Source: Alphaproteobacteria bacterium
Lineage (GTDB): Bacteria; Pseudomonadota; Alphaproteobacteria; SP197
NCBI GenBank assembly: GCA_965228895.1
Contig: OZ245842.1
Span: 1,280,001 to 1,344,000, forward strand
Length of the DNA: 64,000 bases
Direction of reading: 5' to 3'
Shown: in pieces, positions 38,852-49,784 of the stretch
Layout of the letters: every line of letters begins with the position of its first letter
Position numbering within the stretch: the first letter of the stretch is position 1
Translations under genes and position numbers: made by a program
The notes under the pieces: generated by a model
The model's input: only the letters and a program-made list of their open reading frames with translations
Databases searched by the model: none
What the model was told of the DNA's origin: nothing

Positions 38852-41800
38852 ATGGATTACGCCGAGCTGCAGGTCACCAGCAACTTCTCTTTTCTGCGTG
38901 GCGCCTCGCACCCGGAGGAACTGGTGGTGCGCGCCAAGGAACTGGGCATGACGGCGATCGCGGTCACCGACCGCAATACGCTGGCCGGCGTGGTGCGCGC
39001 CCACACCGCGGCCAAGAAACACGGCATGAAATTCGTTGTCGGCTGCCGGCTCGATCTGATGGATGGCACCGCGCTGCTTTGTTACCCGACCGACCGGGCG
39101 GCCTATGGCCGACTCTGCCGCCTCTTGAGCCTGGGCAAGACTCGCGCGCCCAAGGGCGAATGCCACCTGACCCTGGAAGATGTTGTGGCCCATGCGGAAG
39201 GCCAGATCTTCATGATCGTGCCGCCGGAAAGCTGGTCTCAGGACGATTTTATCGCCCAGGTCCGCACAATCTCCGAACGGCTGCGCGAGCCCTGTTATCT
39301 CGCCGCCAGCAAGCTCTATCGCGGTGACGACCGGGCGCGGATCGCGCGTCTGACCCAGGTGGCGGAAGCCGCCGGCACGCCTTTGGTCGCGACCGGCGAT
39401 ATCCATTACCACGTACCCCGGCGCCGTCCCCTACAGGATGTCGTCACCTGTATCCGCGAGGGTTGCCGGATCTACGATGCCGGCCACCGGCTTCACGCCA
39501 ACGCGGAACGGCACTTGAAGGCGCCGGAAGAAATGGCGCGTCTGTTCGGCCTGTGGCCGGACGCGCTGGCGCGTACCAACGAGATCATCGCGCGCTGCAC
39601 CTTCTCGCTCGACGAGCTGCGTTACAACTACCCCGACGAACCGGTGCCGCCGGGCAAGACGCCGCAGGCCCATCTTGAAGACCTCAGCTGGAAGGGTGCG
39701 GCCACGCGTTATCCCGAGGGCGTGCCCGACAAGATACGTGCGGCCCTAGAGAAAGAGCTCGCGCTGATCGACCAGCTCAACTACGCGCCCTATTTCCTCA
39801 CCGTCTACGACATCGTCTATTGGGCGCGTAGCCAGGAGATCCTGTGCCAGGGCAGGGGGTCGGCGGCCAACTCGGTGGTCTGCTATTGCCTCTTTATCAC
39901 CTCGGTCAACCCGGATGAGGTCGACCTGTTGTTCGAGCGATTCATCTCGGCCTCGCGCAACGAACCGCCGGATATCGATGTCGACTTCGAGCACGAGCGG
40001 CGCGAAGAGGTGATGCAGTACATCTATGAGCGCTACGGACGCCAGCGCGCCGGCATCGCCGCGACGGTCATCAGCTATCGCGCCCGAAGCGCGATCCGCG
40101 AGGTGACGAAGGTCATGGGACTCAGCGAAGACGTGCAGAACGCGCTCGCCAGCACGGTCTGGGGCTGGTCCGATGACGGCATCCCCGACGAGCATGTCCG
40201 CGAGGCCGGTCTCAACCCTGCCGATCCGACGCTCAGGCGCGCCATTGCGTTGGCCACCGAACTCACCGGGTTCCCGCGTCATCTCTCCCAGCATGTCGGC
40301 GGTTTTGTGCTGACCCAGGACCCGCTCAGTGAAGTCGTGCCGATCGGCAACGCGGCCATGAAGGACCGCACCTTCGTCGAATGGGACAAGGACGATTTGA
40401 GCGCGCTCAATATCCTGAAGATCGATGTCCTGGCGCTCGGCATGCTGACCTGCATCCGCAAATGCTTCGACCTGATGGTGAGGCATCGCGGCGTCGACCG
40501 TAACCTCGCCAGCTTCTTCCCGATGGACGACACCGCGACCTACGACATGCTGTGCCGCGCCGATTCCCTCGGCGTCTTCCAGGTCGAAAGCCGCGCGCAG
40601 ATGAACATGCTGCCGCGCTTGAAACCCCGCATCTTTTATGACCTCGTGATCGAGGTCGCGATCGTCCGGCCGGGGCCGATCCAGGGCGACATGGTGCACC
40701 CTTACCTGCGTCGGCGCGACGGTATCGAGGAGGTAACCTATCCCGCCCCCGACCCCGCCCATGGCGACGCCGACGAGCTGCGCCGTGTTTTGGGCAAGAC
40801 CATGGGCGTGCCGATCTTCCAGGAACAGGCCATGCGCATCGCCATCGACGCCGCCAAGTTCACCGGTGACGAAGCCAACGAACTGCGCCACGCCATGGCG
40901 ACCTTCCGCCGGCGCGGCACCATCGAAACGCTGGAAGAAAAGATGATCGGGCGCATGATCGAACGCGGTTACGAGCCTGAATTCGCCCAGCGCTGTTTCG
41001 ACCAGATCAAGGGGTTCGGCGAATACGGTTTCCCGGAAAGCCACGCGGCAAGCTTCGCGCTGCTCGTCTATGTCTCCTCATGGATCAAGTGTCACGAGCC
41101 CGCCGTCTTCTGTTGCGGGTTGTTGAACGCGCAGCCCATGGGCTTCTACGCACCCGCCCAGATCGTGCGCGACGCGCGCGAGCATGGCGTCGAGGTGCGC
41201 CATGTCGATATCAACAAGAGCGATTGGGACAACACAATCGAGCCTTGCCCCGACTCCAACGGCGGCCTTGCCGTGCGTCTGGGCTTCCGGCAGATCAAGG
41301 GCATGAGCCAGGAGGCGGCGGAAAAGATCATGGAAGCGCGGGGTTCGGGCTACGCGGATGTCGACGAGCTGCACGCGCGCGCCGGCGTGCCGCGTTCCGT
41401 GCTGGAGCGCCTGGCCGCCGCCGATGCGTTCGGTTCCCTCAAGATCGACCGGCGCCAGGCGCTGTGGCGGGTGAAGGCGCTGCCCGACACGGTGGCGCTG
41501 CCGCTGTTCCTGGCCGCCGATACGCGCGATGCCGGACCGGAGGCCGAGGTGACCTTGCCGGCCATGGCGCTTTCCGAACACGTGGTCGACGACTACCAGA
41601 GCCTGCGGTTATCCCTGAAGGCGCATCCGCTTGCCTTCCTGCGCGAGGATTTCGCCCGGCGCGGCGTGATACCGACCACCGACCTCAGAGAGCTCAAGAA
41701 CGGTGCGCGCGTCATGGTCGCGGGTATCATCATCGTGCGCCAGCGCCCGGGCAGCGCCAAGGGCGTTGTTTTCATGACCATGGAGGACGAGGCCGGCATT

Positions 41801-42175
41801 GCCAACGCGGTGGTCTGGCCGAAGGTGAAGGAAAAGTACCGCAAGGTGGTGATGGGCAGCCGCCTGGTCATGGTGAAGGGCCGCATCCAGCGCCACGAGG
41901 ACATCATCCACGTGGTCGCCGACCATCTGGAAGACTGGTCGGTCGAGCTGCTGCGATTGTCGGAGCAGGGTATCGATCTGAAACCCGCATTGGCCCATGC
42001 CGACGAGGTCAGGCGGCCAGGAAAAGATCCCTACCAGACCGAACTGCTGCCCCCGCCGGCCTATCAACTCCCCAAGACCGGGAAATCGGACGCCGCGCGC
42101 CTGCCGCCCTTCACGCCGGGCCGCCATCCACGCTCGCTCCGCGATCTCGTGCCGAAATCACGCGATTTCCACTAG
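38852..42175 (+). CDS. dnaE2: Error-prone DNA polymerase DnaE2 (ImuC)
   Basis: YAELQVTSNFSFLRGASHPEEL, GRGSAANS, PDIDVD, and the C-terminal SRDFH motif. Confidence 0.97.
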   Translation: MDYAELQVTSNFSFLRGASHPEELVVRAKELGMTAIAVTDRNTLAGVVRAHTAAKKHGMKFVVGCRLDLMDGTALLCYPTDRAAYGRLCRLLSLGKTRAPKGECHLTLEDVVAHAEGQIFMIVPPESWSQDDFIAQVRTISERLREPCYLAASKLYRGDDRARIARLTQVAEAAGTPLVATGDIHYHVPRRRPLQDVVTCIREGCRIYDAGHRLHANAERHLKAPEEMARLFGLWPDALARTNEIIARCTFSLDELRYNYPDEPVPPGKTPQAHLEDLSWKGAATRYPEGVPDKIRAALEKELALIDQLNYAPYFLTVYDIVYWARSQEILCQGRGSAANSVVCYCLFITSVNPDEVDLLFERFISASRNEPPDIDVDFEHERREEVMQYIYERYGRQRAGIAATVISYRARSAIREVTKVMGLSEDVQNALASTVWGWSDDGIPDEHVREAGLNPADPTLRRAIALATELTGFPRHLSQHVGGFVLTQDPLSEVVPIGNAAMKDRTFVEWDKDDLSALNILKIDVLALGMLTCIRKCFDLMVRHRGVDRNLASFFPMDDTATYDMLCRADSLGVFQVESRAQMNMLPRLKPRIFYDLVIEVAIVRPGPIQGDMVHPYLRRRDGIEEVTYPAPDPAHGDADELRRVLGKTMGVPIFQEQAMRIAIDAAKFTGDEANELRHAMATFRRRGTIETLEEKMIGRMIERGYEPEFAQRCFDQIKGFGEYGFPESHAASFALLVYVSSWIKCHEPAVFCCGLLNAQPMGFYAPAQIVRDAREHGVEVRHVDINKSDWDNTIEPCPDSNGGLAVRLGFRQIKGMSQEAAEKIMEARGSGYADVDELHARAGVPRSVLERLAAADAFGSLKIDRRQALWRVKALPDTVALPLFLAADTRDAGPEAEVTLPAMALSEHVVDDYQSLRLSLKAHPLAFLREDFARRGVIPTTDLRELKNGARVMVAGIIIVRQRPGSAKGVVFMTMEDEAGIANAVVWPKVKEKYRKVVMGSRLVMVKGRIQRHEDIIHVVADHLEDWSVELLRLSEQGIDLKPALAHADEVRRPGKDPYQTELLPPPAYQLPKTGKSDAARLPPFTPGRHPRSLRDLVPKSRDFH

Positions 42176-42212
42176 GACGTGTTCTCGTTCACTGCGGCGG
42201 CGCACCCGCCAG

Positions 42213-43472
42213 TCACCGATCGGCAAATCGCATGGCGGCATCGAGCGCCAGGCCCTTTGCAACGCTGCCGAACACATCACCGGCGATGAGACGTCCGTTG
42301 GGAATGGCCGCGGCGATGGTCTGCTGCACGGAAGGCATCCTGGTGGCGCCGCCGGTAAGAAACACCGCAGACACCGTGTCCGGTGTGACGCCAGCCATCT
42401 GCAGCACATCATCGATTCGCGATCGAATCCGAAGGAGGCTGTCGGTGACGGCTGCCTCGAGCTGAGATCGATCGATCTCCAGGGACATGCCGCCGGCACA
42501 ATCGGCGAAGTTCAGCATGGTACGATCGGCTTGCGACAGTTCGACCTTGGCACCCTCGACGCCTGCCAACAGTTCGTGGCCTTTACGCTGCTCGAGCACG
42601 GCCAGCAACCGCTTGATCTTCTCCGGCTCTGCTGAATCCCGCAGGACGCCACGGACCTCGGTCAGCAGCTTGGGATCGTAAAGAAAGTTGATTCGGTGCC
42701 AGGTGGCGAGATCGTGAAAGTACCACGATGGCGCAACCAGTCCGTCGCGGCGGAGGTGGCTACGCAGTCCGAACGCCGGCATGACACGCGCTAACGCTAA
42801 CTGTTTGTCGAAATCCGTGCCGCCGATGTGCACGCCGGCGAACCCAAGAATATCCTGGCGCCGGTCGCTTGATCGCGCACGCTCGGGCGAGACCCGCACG
42901 ACGGAGAAGTCAGAGGTGCCGCCGCCGATGTCGGCGACGAACGCGATCTGCTCAGAGCTGACGCTCTGCTCGTAGTCGAGGGCAGCCGCGATCGGCTCCA
43001 ACTGAAACGCGATACTCTCGAAGCCCGCAGCCCGGGCAGCGGCCTCAAGTTGCCGCTCGGCCGCGGCATCGGCTTCAGCATCGTCGTCGACAAAGAAAGC
43101 CGGACGACCGAGGACGACACTTGTCGGTGGCGCGCCAAGACTCCGGCTGGCCGCAGAGCGCAAGAAGCCGAGATAGGCGGCGATGATCTCGTCAAAACCA
43201 TAGCGCCTTCGCTTGATCTGGGTGGTTTCATCAAACAGTTGGGTGCCGAGCAGGCTCTTGATCGCGCGCATGTAGCGGCCTGTCTCGTGCGCGAAGTAGC
43301 GTTCGAGCGCTTCGTGGCCGAAGGTTGTCGAATCGTCATCGAAACTGAAGAACAGCGCCGTCGGCACCGACGTCGTGCCATCCTGGATCGCCAGCAGATG
43401 GGGTTGCCCAGCGTTGCAGATGCCGATGGAAGAGTTCGAGGTCCCAAAATCAATGCCGCATGCAAGGGTCAT
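42213..43472 (-). CDS. Hsp70 family protein, YegD-like (ATPase domain only)
   Basis: GIDFGTSNS, EPIAAA, DIGGGTSDFS, GGTDFD, FLTGG; the start could also be 43490. Confidence 0.9.
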   Translation of the reverse strand: MTLACGIDFGTSNSSIGICNAGQPHLLAIQDGTTSVPTALFFSFDDDSTTFGHEALERYFAHETGRYMRAIKSLLGTQLFDETTQIKRRRYGFDEIIAAYLGFLRSAASRSLGAPPTSVVLGRPAFFVDDDAEADAAAERQLEAAARAAGFESIAFQLEPIAAALDYEQSVSSEQIAFVADIGGGTSDFSVVRVSPERARSSDRRQDILGFAGVHIGGTDFDKQLALARVMPAFGLRSHLRRDGLVAPSWYFHDLATWHRINFLYDPKLLTEVRGVLRDSAEPEKIKRLLAVLEQRKGHELLAGVEGAKVELSQADRTMLNFADCAGGMSLEIDRSQLEAAVTDSLLRIRSRIDDVLQMAGVTPDTVSAVFLTGGATRMPSVQQTIAAAIPNGRLIAGDVFGSVAKGLALDAAMRFADR

Positions 43473-43767
43473 GGTCTGTGCTCCGGTCATCGTTTCCAGC
43501 AAGTGAGAAGGCGCGGGACTCTCGGCAGATTTTGACCCTTCACAAGTCTCCAATTTCACCTTAAAATCCGGCGCATCCGGAAAATTGAAAAGCATGTGGC
43601 GGGCTCGGGCGAACGCGGGTCCGGCGTCGATCTGTCACCGCGAATTCGTTGGCTGATCATCGCTCGGGCCGCATCGGCGCGCCGCAAGAACCGGGTGGTC
43701 GCCGACGTCGTGGCTACCAGATCAACATGGCAGACCCTTGAACCAAGAGTTCGGATCGGAGGACGCC

Positions 43768-44175
43768 ATGGTCCACGTCACACTTGCCGACGCCAAAGAT
43801 GTTCTGATTCAGTCCCTGCAAACCGGCATGTCGCCGCTTGGCTTGCCGGCCGCTCTGCTCTTCGAACACGGAAGCTTGAAACTCTATCTCTATGAGCCCA
43901 TCGGCACCGATCAACAGCCGGTCCACGATCAAGACGAGGTCTATATCGTGATGTCGGGGACCGGTCAGTTCGCTATCGGTACGACGGAAGACACCATGGA
44001 GCGCCGCCCGTTCGGCCCCGGCGATGCGATCTTCGCGCCCGCCGGCGCGATTCATCGGTTCGAGGATTTTACCGATGACTTCCAGACCTGGGTCATCATG
44101 TACGGTCCCGGTGGCGGTGAAAGGCCAGTCGCCATGGAGCCCGTGATGTGGCCGGCCGCTGTCACCAGCATGTGA
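43768..44175 (+). CDS. Cupin domain protein
   Basis: HDQDEVYIVMSG...PAGAIHRF; GGAGG RBS. Confidence 0.85.
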   Translation: MVHVTLADAKDVLIQSLQTGMSPLGLPAALLFEHGSLKLYLYEPIGTDQQPVHDQDEVYIVMSGTGQFAIGTTEDTMERRPFGPGDAIFAPAGAIHRFEDFTDDFQTWVIMYGPGGGERPVAMEPVMWPAAVTSM

Positions 44176-44203
44176 GTCCTGGGCGTCTCGGCGTCGAGAC
44201 GAT

Positions 44204-45334
44204 CTAACGCCGGGCGATTGCCGTGATGCTGGAGCGGAAACGCAATGCCGCGAACGCAAAGAACGCGCCGCCGATAGCCGCGACCAAGGCGAACTGGGGC
44301 CACACGATGTCGAAGCCGGCGCCGCGATAGAGAATCGCCTGGGCGAAGCTGACGAAGTGGGTCGACGGTACCGCTTGCATCAGGGCCTGCAGGATAGCGG
44401 GCTGGCTTTCGGTCGGCGTGTTGCCGCCCGACAGCAGGTTCATCGGCAAAACGACGAGAACGAAGAGCAAGCCAAATTGCGGCATCGAACGGGCAAGGGT
44501 CGCCAGAAAAATACCGAGTGCCGTGGCGAAGAACAGATAGAGCGCGGTCCCGGCCAGAAACAGCGCGGTGGAACCGGCAATCGGCACCTGCAGGAGTGTT
44601 TCGATCATGATGCCGAGGCACAGCCCGACACCGACCAGAACGACCAGGCCGTTCGCCCAAACCTTGGCCATCATGATCTCGAACGCGGTCAGCGGCATGA
44701 CCAGGAGATGTTCGATCGTGCCGTGTTCGCGCTCGCGGATCAAAGCTGCGCCGGTCAAAAGGATCGCCATCATGGTGACGTTGTCGATCATCTCCATGAC
44801 GCTGGTAAACCAGGAACTCGTCAGGTTGGGGTTAAAGGCATAACGGCTGGCCAGCCGCACGGCCGGTTCGCTCAGCGCGGCGCCGCGATCGGCGAATTTG
44901 GCGATTTCGTTTGCCATGATCCAGGTGATGTATCCTTCGCCGATACCGGCCTGCATCATCGAGGTCGCGTCGATGTCGATCTGAACCTCGGGCCGGCGCC
45001 CGGCCAGAACGTCGGCCTCGAAGTTCGGTGGAAAAACGACGGCAAAGGTATAGCGCCCGGCTTCCATGGCCGCGTCGATCTCGTTGAAGTCGATCAGAAC
45101 GGGTTCATTGAAATAGGGCGGCAGGAATGCGTCGCGGATGCGCATGGAGAGCTGGGAGCGATCCTCGTCGACGATGGCGATCGCGGCGTTGTTGAGGTCG
45201 TGGGACACGCCGGTCGCCGCCGAATAGATCGAGAGTGAAAAACTCCAGACGATCAAACCCATCAGGACGGCGTCGCGGCGCAGACTGAACAGCTCCTTGA
45301 TGCCGAGCCGAAAGATGTTCTCCAGACGCTTCAT
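44204..45334 (-). CDS. yhhJ: ABC-2 permease, YhhJ-like
   Basis: NIFRLGIKEL, REREHGTIEHLLVMP, LSGGNTPTES. Confidence 0.85.
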   Translation of the reverse strand: MKRLENIFRLGIKELFSLRRDAVLMGLIVWSFSLSIYSAATGVSHDLNNAAIAIVDEDRSQLSMRIRDAFLPPYFNEPVLIDFNEIDAAMEAGRYTFAVVFPPNFEADVLAGRRPEVQIDIDATSMMQAGIGEGYITWIMANEIAKFADRGAALSEPAVRLASRYAFNPNLTSSWFTSVMEMIDNVTMMAILLTGAALIREREHGTIEHLLVMPLTAFEIMMAKVWANGLVVLVGVGLCLGIMIETLLQVPIAGSTALFLAGTALYLFFATALGIFLATLARSMPQFGLLFVLVVLPMNLLSGGNTPTESQPAILQALMQAVPSTHFVSFAQAILYRGAGFDIVWPQFALVAAIGGAFFAFAALRFRSSITAIARR

Positions 45335-45336
45335 GA

Positions 45337-48063
45337 TCAGCGTTCCTGCTTTCTGAGCAGGAGCATGCTCAGAAGCGTCAGGGCCGGGAAGAACAGGGCA
45401 AGGGCCAGAAAGTCCGGCGCCAGCTCCTGGAACCCGAGCGCTTTGGTGAAGGTGCCCAGACTGATGATCATGAAATAGGTCGTCGGGAAAAACTCGCCGA
45501 CAATGGCCGCGCCGCCTTCCAGCGTCGAGACCGGTTGCATCATGCCGGAGAACTGGGTTGCCGGCAGCATGGTCGCAATCGCGGTGCCGAACAGCGCGGC
45601 GATCTGGGTGCGGGTGAAGGCCGAGACAAGCAGGCCGAGACCGGTCGTTGCGATGACATAGAGCAGGGCGCCGACGGTCAACGCCAGAAAGCTGCCCTTG
45701 ATCGGCACACCAAAGACCAGGACAGCGATGGCGACAAGCAGCGCGTAGTTGATCATGCCGACGCCGACATAAGGCAGTTGTTTGCCGAGCAGAAACTCGA
45801 GCCGTGTCACCGGCGTGACATAGAGATTGGTGATCGAGCCGAGCTCCTTCTCCCGCACCACGCCGAGCGCCATCAGGATCGATGGAATGAAGATCAAGAG
45901 GAGCGCGATGGTCGTCGGAACCATGGAGAAGATGCTGCGGAAGTCCTGGTTATAGAGATAACGCGGCTGGATATCGGCGAGCGCGCCGCCGGGTTCGCCG
46001 CCGATATCGCGGCGCCATAATTCGACGAGGTAGTGCTGGTGAATACCCTCGACGTAGCCGCGGATGGTTTCGGCGCGGAACGGCATGGCGCCGTCGATGC
46101 GTGCGCCGATTTCCGGTTCGCGCCCCTGTATGAGCTCCTTGCCGAAGCCGGGCGGTATCTCGATGGCGAGCGTGATGTCGTTGGCGATCAGTCGGCGATC
46201 CATTTCCGCGTAATCGGCAAGTGGCGCCTGCTCCAGGAAGTAACGCGAACCCGCGAGGCCTTCCAGGTAGGTTCGGCTTTGCGGCGTCTGGTCGCGGTCG
46301 AGTGCCGCATAGGTCAGGCCTTCGACGTCAAACGTGATGCCGTAGCCGAAGACCAGCATCAAAATCGCGGTCCCGAGCAGCGCGAACGAGAGTCTAATGG
46401 GGTCGCGCCGCAACTCGACGGCCTCGCGCCGGCTGTAGGCCAGGAGCCGGCGCCCGCTCAGCCCGTCCGTCCGATGACGCTTTCGTGCTGGCGTCGTGGA
46501 TTGTGACTTGGTGACGGCTGGTGTCTGATCGCTCTCCTTTTCCAAGAGCGTAATGAAGGCGGATTCCAGCGTTTCGACGCCCTGGTCCGCCATCAGCGCG
46601 GCGGGCGTACCGCTGGCCAGCACCTTGCCGGCGTCCATCAGCGAGATGCGGTCGCACCGCTCGGCTTCGTTCATGAAGTGTGTCGAGATGAAGATCGTGA
46701 CGCCGTCATTGCGCGAAAGACGGACCAGCAGTTCCCAGAACCTGTCTCGTGCCATCGGGTCGACACCTGACGTTGGTTCGTCAAGGATCAGGATCTCCGG
46801 CCGGTGGATGACGGCAACCGCCAGCGACAGACGTTGACGCACGCCAAGCGGCAGTTTCTGGGCGAGCTTGTCCATGTCGTCTTCAAGGCCGAACTGCTCG
46901 GCGAGTTCGGTAATGCGCGGGGCGATCTGGTCACGCGGCAAATGAAACAGCCGCGCATGCAGATCAAGGTTCTGGCGGACCGTCAGCTCGGCATAGAGAG
47001 AGAACGACTGCGACATGTAGCCGACGCGTTTGCGCGTCTCCAGGTCGTGCGACTTGACCTGCTCGCCAAACAGCCATGCCTGGCCTTCTGATGCTGGCAG
47101 CAGACCGGTCAGCACTTTCATTGTCGTCGTCTTGCCGCAGCCGTTGGATCCGAGGAAGCCGAAAATTTCGCCGGTCTCGATCGTGAAGCTGACATCGTCG
47201 ACGGCGGTGAAGTCGCCAAACCGGCGGGTCAGGTGGGATGCCGCGATCGCCGGCGCGCCATCGTGTTCAACGCGTTCGGGAATGGAGAGCGTGCGATAAC
47301 CGTCGCGCCGATCTTCGGGCAGCAGGGCGACAAACGCAGCCTCCAAGTCTTCCGCCCCCGTCTCGGCCATGATGTCGGCGGGTCGGCCGGTCTTCAGCAC
47401 GGCGCCACGGTCCATCACCACCAGCCAGTCGAACCGCTCGGCCTCTTCCATATAGGCGGTCGCGACGAGAACGCTGATGTCGGGCTGGCGCGCGCGCATG
47501 CGCTCGATCAGTTCCCAGAACTGGCGCCTTGAAAGCGGATCGACGCCGGTGGTCGGCTCGTCGAGGATCAGGAGATCGGGGTCGTGAATCAACGCGCAGC
47601 ACAGGCCGAGCTTTTGTTTCATGCCGCCCGACAACTTGCCGGCGAGCCGATCGGGAAACGGATCAAGCCCGGTGCTTTCCAGCAACTCGGTTATTCTCTC
47701 CTCGCGCTCGCGCGGATCCTGGTCGAAGAGGCGGCCGAAGAACGCAAGGTTCTCAGCGACCGTCAGGTCCATGTAGAGGTTTTTGCCAAGTCCTTGCGGC
47801 ATATAGGCAATTCGGGGGCAGACGGCCTTGCGGTGTCCCTTTCGTCCCATGTCCCCGCCCAGGACGTCGACCGTGCCTGACTGCAATCGCCGCGCGCCGG
47901 CAACCAGGCCGAGCAGCGTCGACTTGCCAACGCCATCGGGCCCAACGAGGCCGACCATGGTACCGGCCGGCAGATCGATCGTGACGTCGCGAAGGGCCGT
48001 CGTTTTGCCGTAGCGGTGGCTGACGGCCTTCAGCCGCGCGACGGCTCCGGCCGCCGCCGTCAT
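45337..48063 (-). CDS. rbbA: Ribosome-associated ATPase/putative transporter RbbA (2 NBDs plus permease)
   Basis: [41 protein letters not shown]. Confidence 0.9.
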   Translation of the reverse strand: MTAAAGAVARLKAVSHRYGKTTALRDVTIDLPAGTMVGLVGPDGVGKSTLLGLVAGARRLQSGTVDVLGGDMGRKGHRKAVCPRIAYMPQGLGKNLYMDLTVAENLAFFGRLFDQDPREREERITELLESTGLDPFPDRLAGKLSGGMKQKLGLCCALIHDPDLLILDEPTTGVDPLSRRQFWELIERMRARQPDISVLVATAYMEEAERFDWLVVMDRGAVLKTGRPADIMAETGAEDLEAAFVALLPEDRRDGYRTLSIPERVEHDGAPAIAASHLTRRFGDFTAVDDVSFTIETGEIFGFLGSNGCGKTTTMKVLTGLLPASEGQAWLFGEQVKSHDLETRKRVGYMSQSFSLYAELTVRQNLDLHARLFHLPRDQIAPRITELAEQFGLEDDMDKLAQKLPLGVRQRLSLAVAVIHRPEILILDEPTSGVDPMARDRFWELLVRLSRNDGVTIFISTHFMNEAERCDRISLMDAGKVLASGTPAALMADQGVETLESAFITLLEKESDQTPAVTKSQSTTPARKRHRTDGLSGRRLLAYSRREAVELRRDPIRLSFALLGTAILMLVFGYGITFDVEGLTYAALDRDQTPQSRTYLEGLAGSRYFLEQAPLADYAEMDRRLIANDITLAIEIPPGFGKELIQGREPEIGARIDGAMPFRAETIRGYVEGIHQHYLVELWRRDIGGEPGGALADIQPRYLYNQDFRSIFSMVPTTIALLLIFIPSILMALGVVREKELGSITNLYVTPVTRLEFLLGKQLPYVGVGMINYALLVAIAVLVFGVPIKGSFLALTVGALLYVIATTGLGLLVSAFTRTQIAALFGTAIATMLPATQFSGMMQPVSTLEGGAAIVGEFFPTTYFMIISLGTFTKALGFQELAPDFLALALFFPALTLLSMLLLRKQER

Positions 48064-49064
48064 GATCCCGGCGTTGGCGGCAGATTGACGGCAAGTGCCT
48101 CCGGCCACGCGTCACCCACGCCCAACATCACGAACGCTTCGCCTGGCAGGCCGGTTTTGACATGGTCGATATAGAGCTGCAGGAGTTCGGGGTCGATCCG
48201 CACCTTGACGCGGAACATCAGCTTGTCCCGCTCTGACGCCGTCTCGACCTCGCGCGGTGTAAACTGGGCTTCCGACGCGACGAACGAGACGGATGCGGGG
48301 ATAACGTATTGCGGCGCGGCATCCAGGATGATCCGCGCATCCGCGCCGATGGCGACACGGCCGGCCTGCGTGGTCGGCAGAAAGATCGTCATGTAGACCT
48401 CGGTCAGGTCGAGCAACGTGACAACCTTGCCGCCGGCCGGCAGGACCTCGCCCGGTTCGGCGAGGCGGTATTGCACCCGGCCGTCGATCGGTGCTTCCAG
48501 ACAGCAGTCGTCGAGCCGGACCTGCAGGCGCCGTACCTCGGCTTCTGCCGCCTCGACGGCTCGCTCTGCCGCGGCCAAGTGCGCCTTGGCGACATTGAGC
48601 GCGGCCGATGCCGCGTCGCGCTCGCTCAGCCGCTGATCGGCGACACTTTGGGCGATGTGATCGCGTTCGACCAGATACATCGCCCGGTCCAGTTCCTGTT
48701 GGATGAATGTCAGCTCGCTGACACGCAGGGCGATTTCCGCGTGAGCCTCGGCGACACCTTGCTCGGCGCGGGCGACGTCGGCTTCGGCTCTGGCCATGCT
48801 GGCTTCCGTCTCGGCCGAATCGATGCGGGCAAGCACGGTGCCTTCGGCGACCATATCGCCCTCTTGCACAAGGACCTCTTCGACGCGGCCGGCATAGACG
48901 GTCGCGACGTGGACCTCTTCGGCTTCGATCCGGCCGTTTCCGGTCGCGATCCCGTCTGGCAGTGATGGACCGGCAAGGTGGTCGGAGACGACGAGTGCTC
49001 CAACAACAGCGACGGCGACGACAAGTGCCGCCAGCCACATGAGGCTTCGTTTGCTCATGACCAA
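48060..49064 (-). CDS. yhiI: HlyD family periplasmic adaptor, YhiI-like
   Basis: N-terminal [31 protein letters not shown]. Confidence 0.85.
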   Translation of the reverse strand: MVMSKRSLMWLAALVVAVAVVGALVVSDHLAGPSLPDGIATGNGRIEAEEVHVATVYAGRVEEVLVQEGDMVAEGTVLARIDSAETEASMARAEADVARAEQGVAEAHAEIALRVSELTFIQQELDRAMYLVERDHIAQSVADQRLSERDAASAALNVAKAHLAAAERAVEAAEAEVRRLQVRLDDCCLEAPIDGRVQYRLAEPGEVLPAGGKVVTLLDLTEVYMTIFLPTTQAGRVAIGADARIILDAAPQYVIPASVSFVASEAQFTPREVETASERDKLMFRVKVRIDPELLQLYIDHVKTGLPGEAFVMLGVGDAWPEALAVNLPPTPGS

Positions 49065-49186
49065 CCCGATCCGTGGTGAATCAAGCGTCCCGCCCCACCG
49101 GTCGCGATGGGCGGTATCGCTGAGTGTAACGCGCTAATACCGGCGCGTGCACGTCACCGGCATTGATCCGGATCAATTGTGTCGTG

Positions 49187-49552
49187 TTAGTCGGTGGTGG
49201 AAATCCAGTCGGGATCTTCCTGGGCGCGGCGCTCAAATGTCAGGAAGTCATAGTAGCCGCAGCGGCCTTTGCCGGGAAATTCCCGGCAAATCCCTGGCCG
49301 CGCCTCGTAGATCGTACAGCCGCGGGTTTTTTGATCGAGAAACCGGCATATTGTTGTGAAGTGCGGATCGACCTGGTGCCGCAGAATGCGTTCGCCGGGC
49401 TCTTCGCCCTTCTTGGTGAACTTCTTTCTGGCTTCCTGCGTCGACAGGCCATGGTGCTTGGCGAGGCGCTTGATGTCCTTGTCCGTGACGATGATCCGTG
49501 CGTAGGAACAGCAATAGGCCGGACACTTGTTGCAGTTGTACTTACGGCTCAT
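49187..49552 (-). CDS. YkgJ family cysteine-cluster protein
   Basis: CNKCPAYCC...CRFLD..CTIYEARPGICREFP. Confidence 0.88.
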   Translation of the reverse strand: MSRKYNCNKCPAYCCSYARIIVTDKDIKRLAKHHGLSTQEARKKFTKKGEEPGERILRHQVDPHFTTICRFLDQKTRGCTIYEARPGICREFPGKGRCGYYDFLTFERRAQEDPDWISTTD

Positions 49553-49784
49553 GACCACACTCTCCGCGAAAAACGCCATGCCCGGCGACGGGCGCTAATG
49601 TGCCACGCACACTGCTTGACCGCCAAAAAACTTGCGAGTGTTTTCTGACGACCTGTCCCCAGAACGGACCCGATTGTCCCTGGCTGGTCGTTTATCTTTC
49701 GGATGAGATCAATGTCAACGCGTCTGAAGGCAGTTGTGTCCACGCGACTGGTGACTACGATTGCGTTGCACGTGAGGGGGACCG

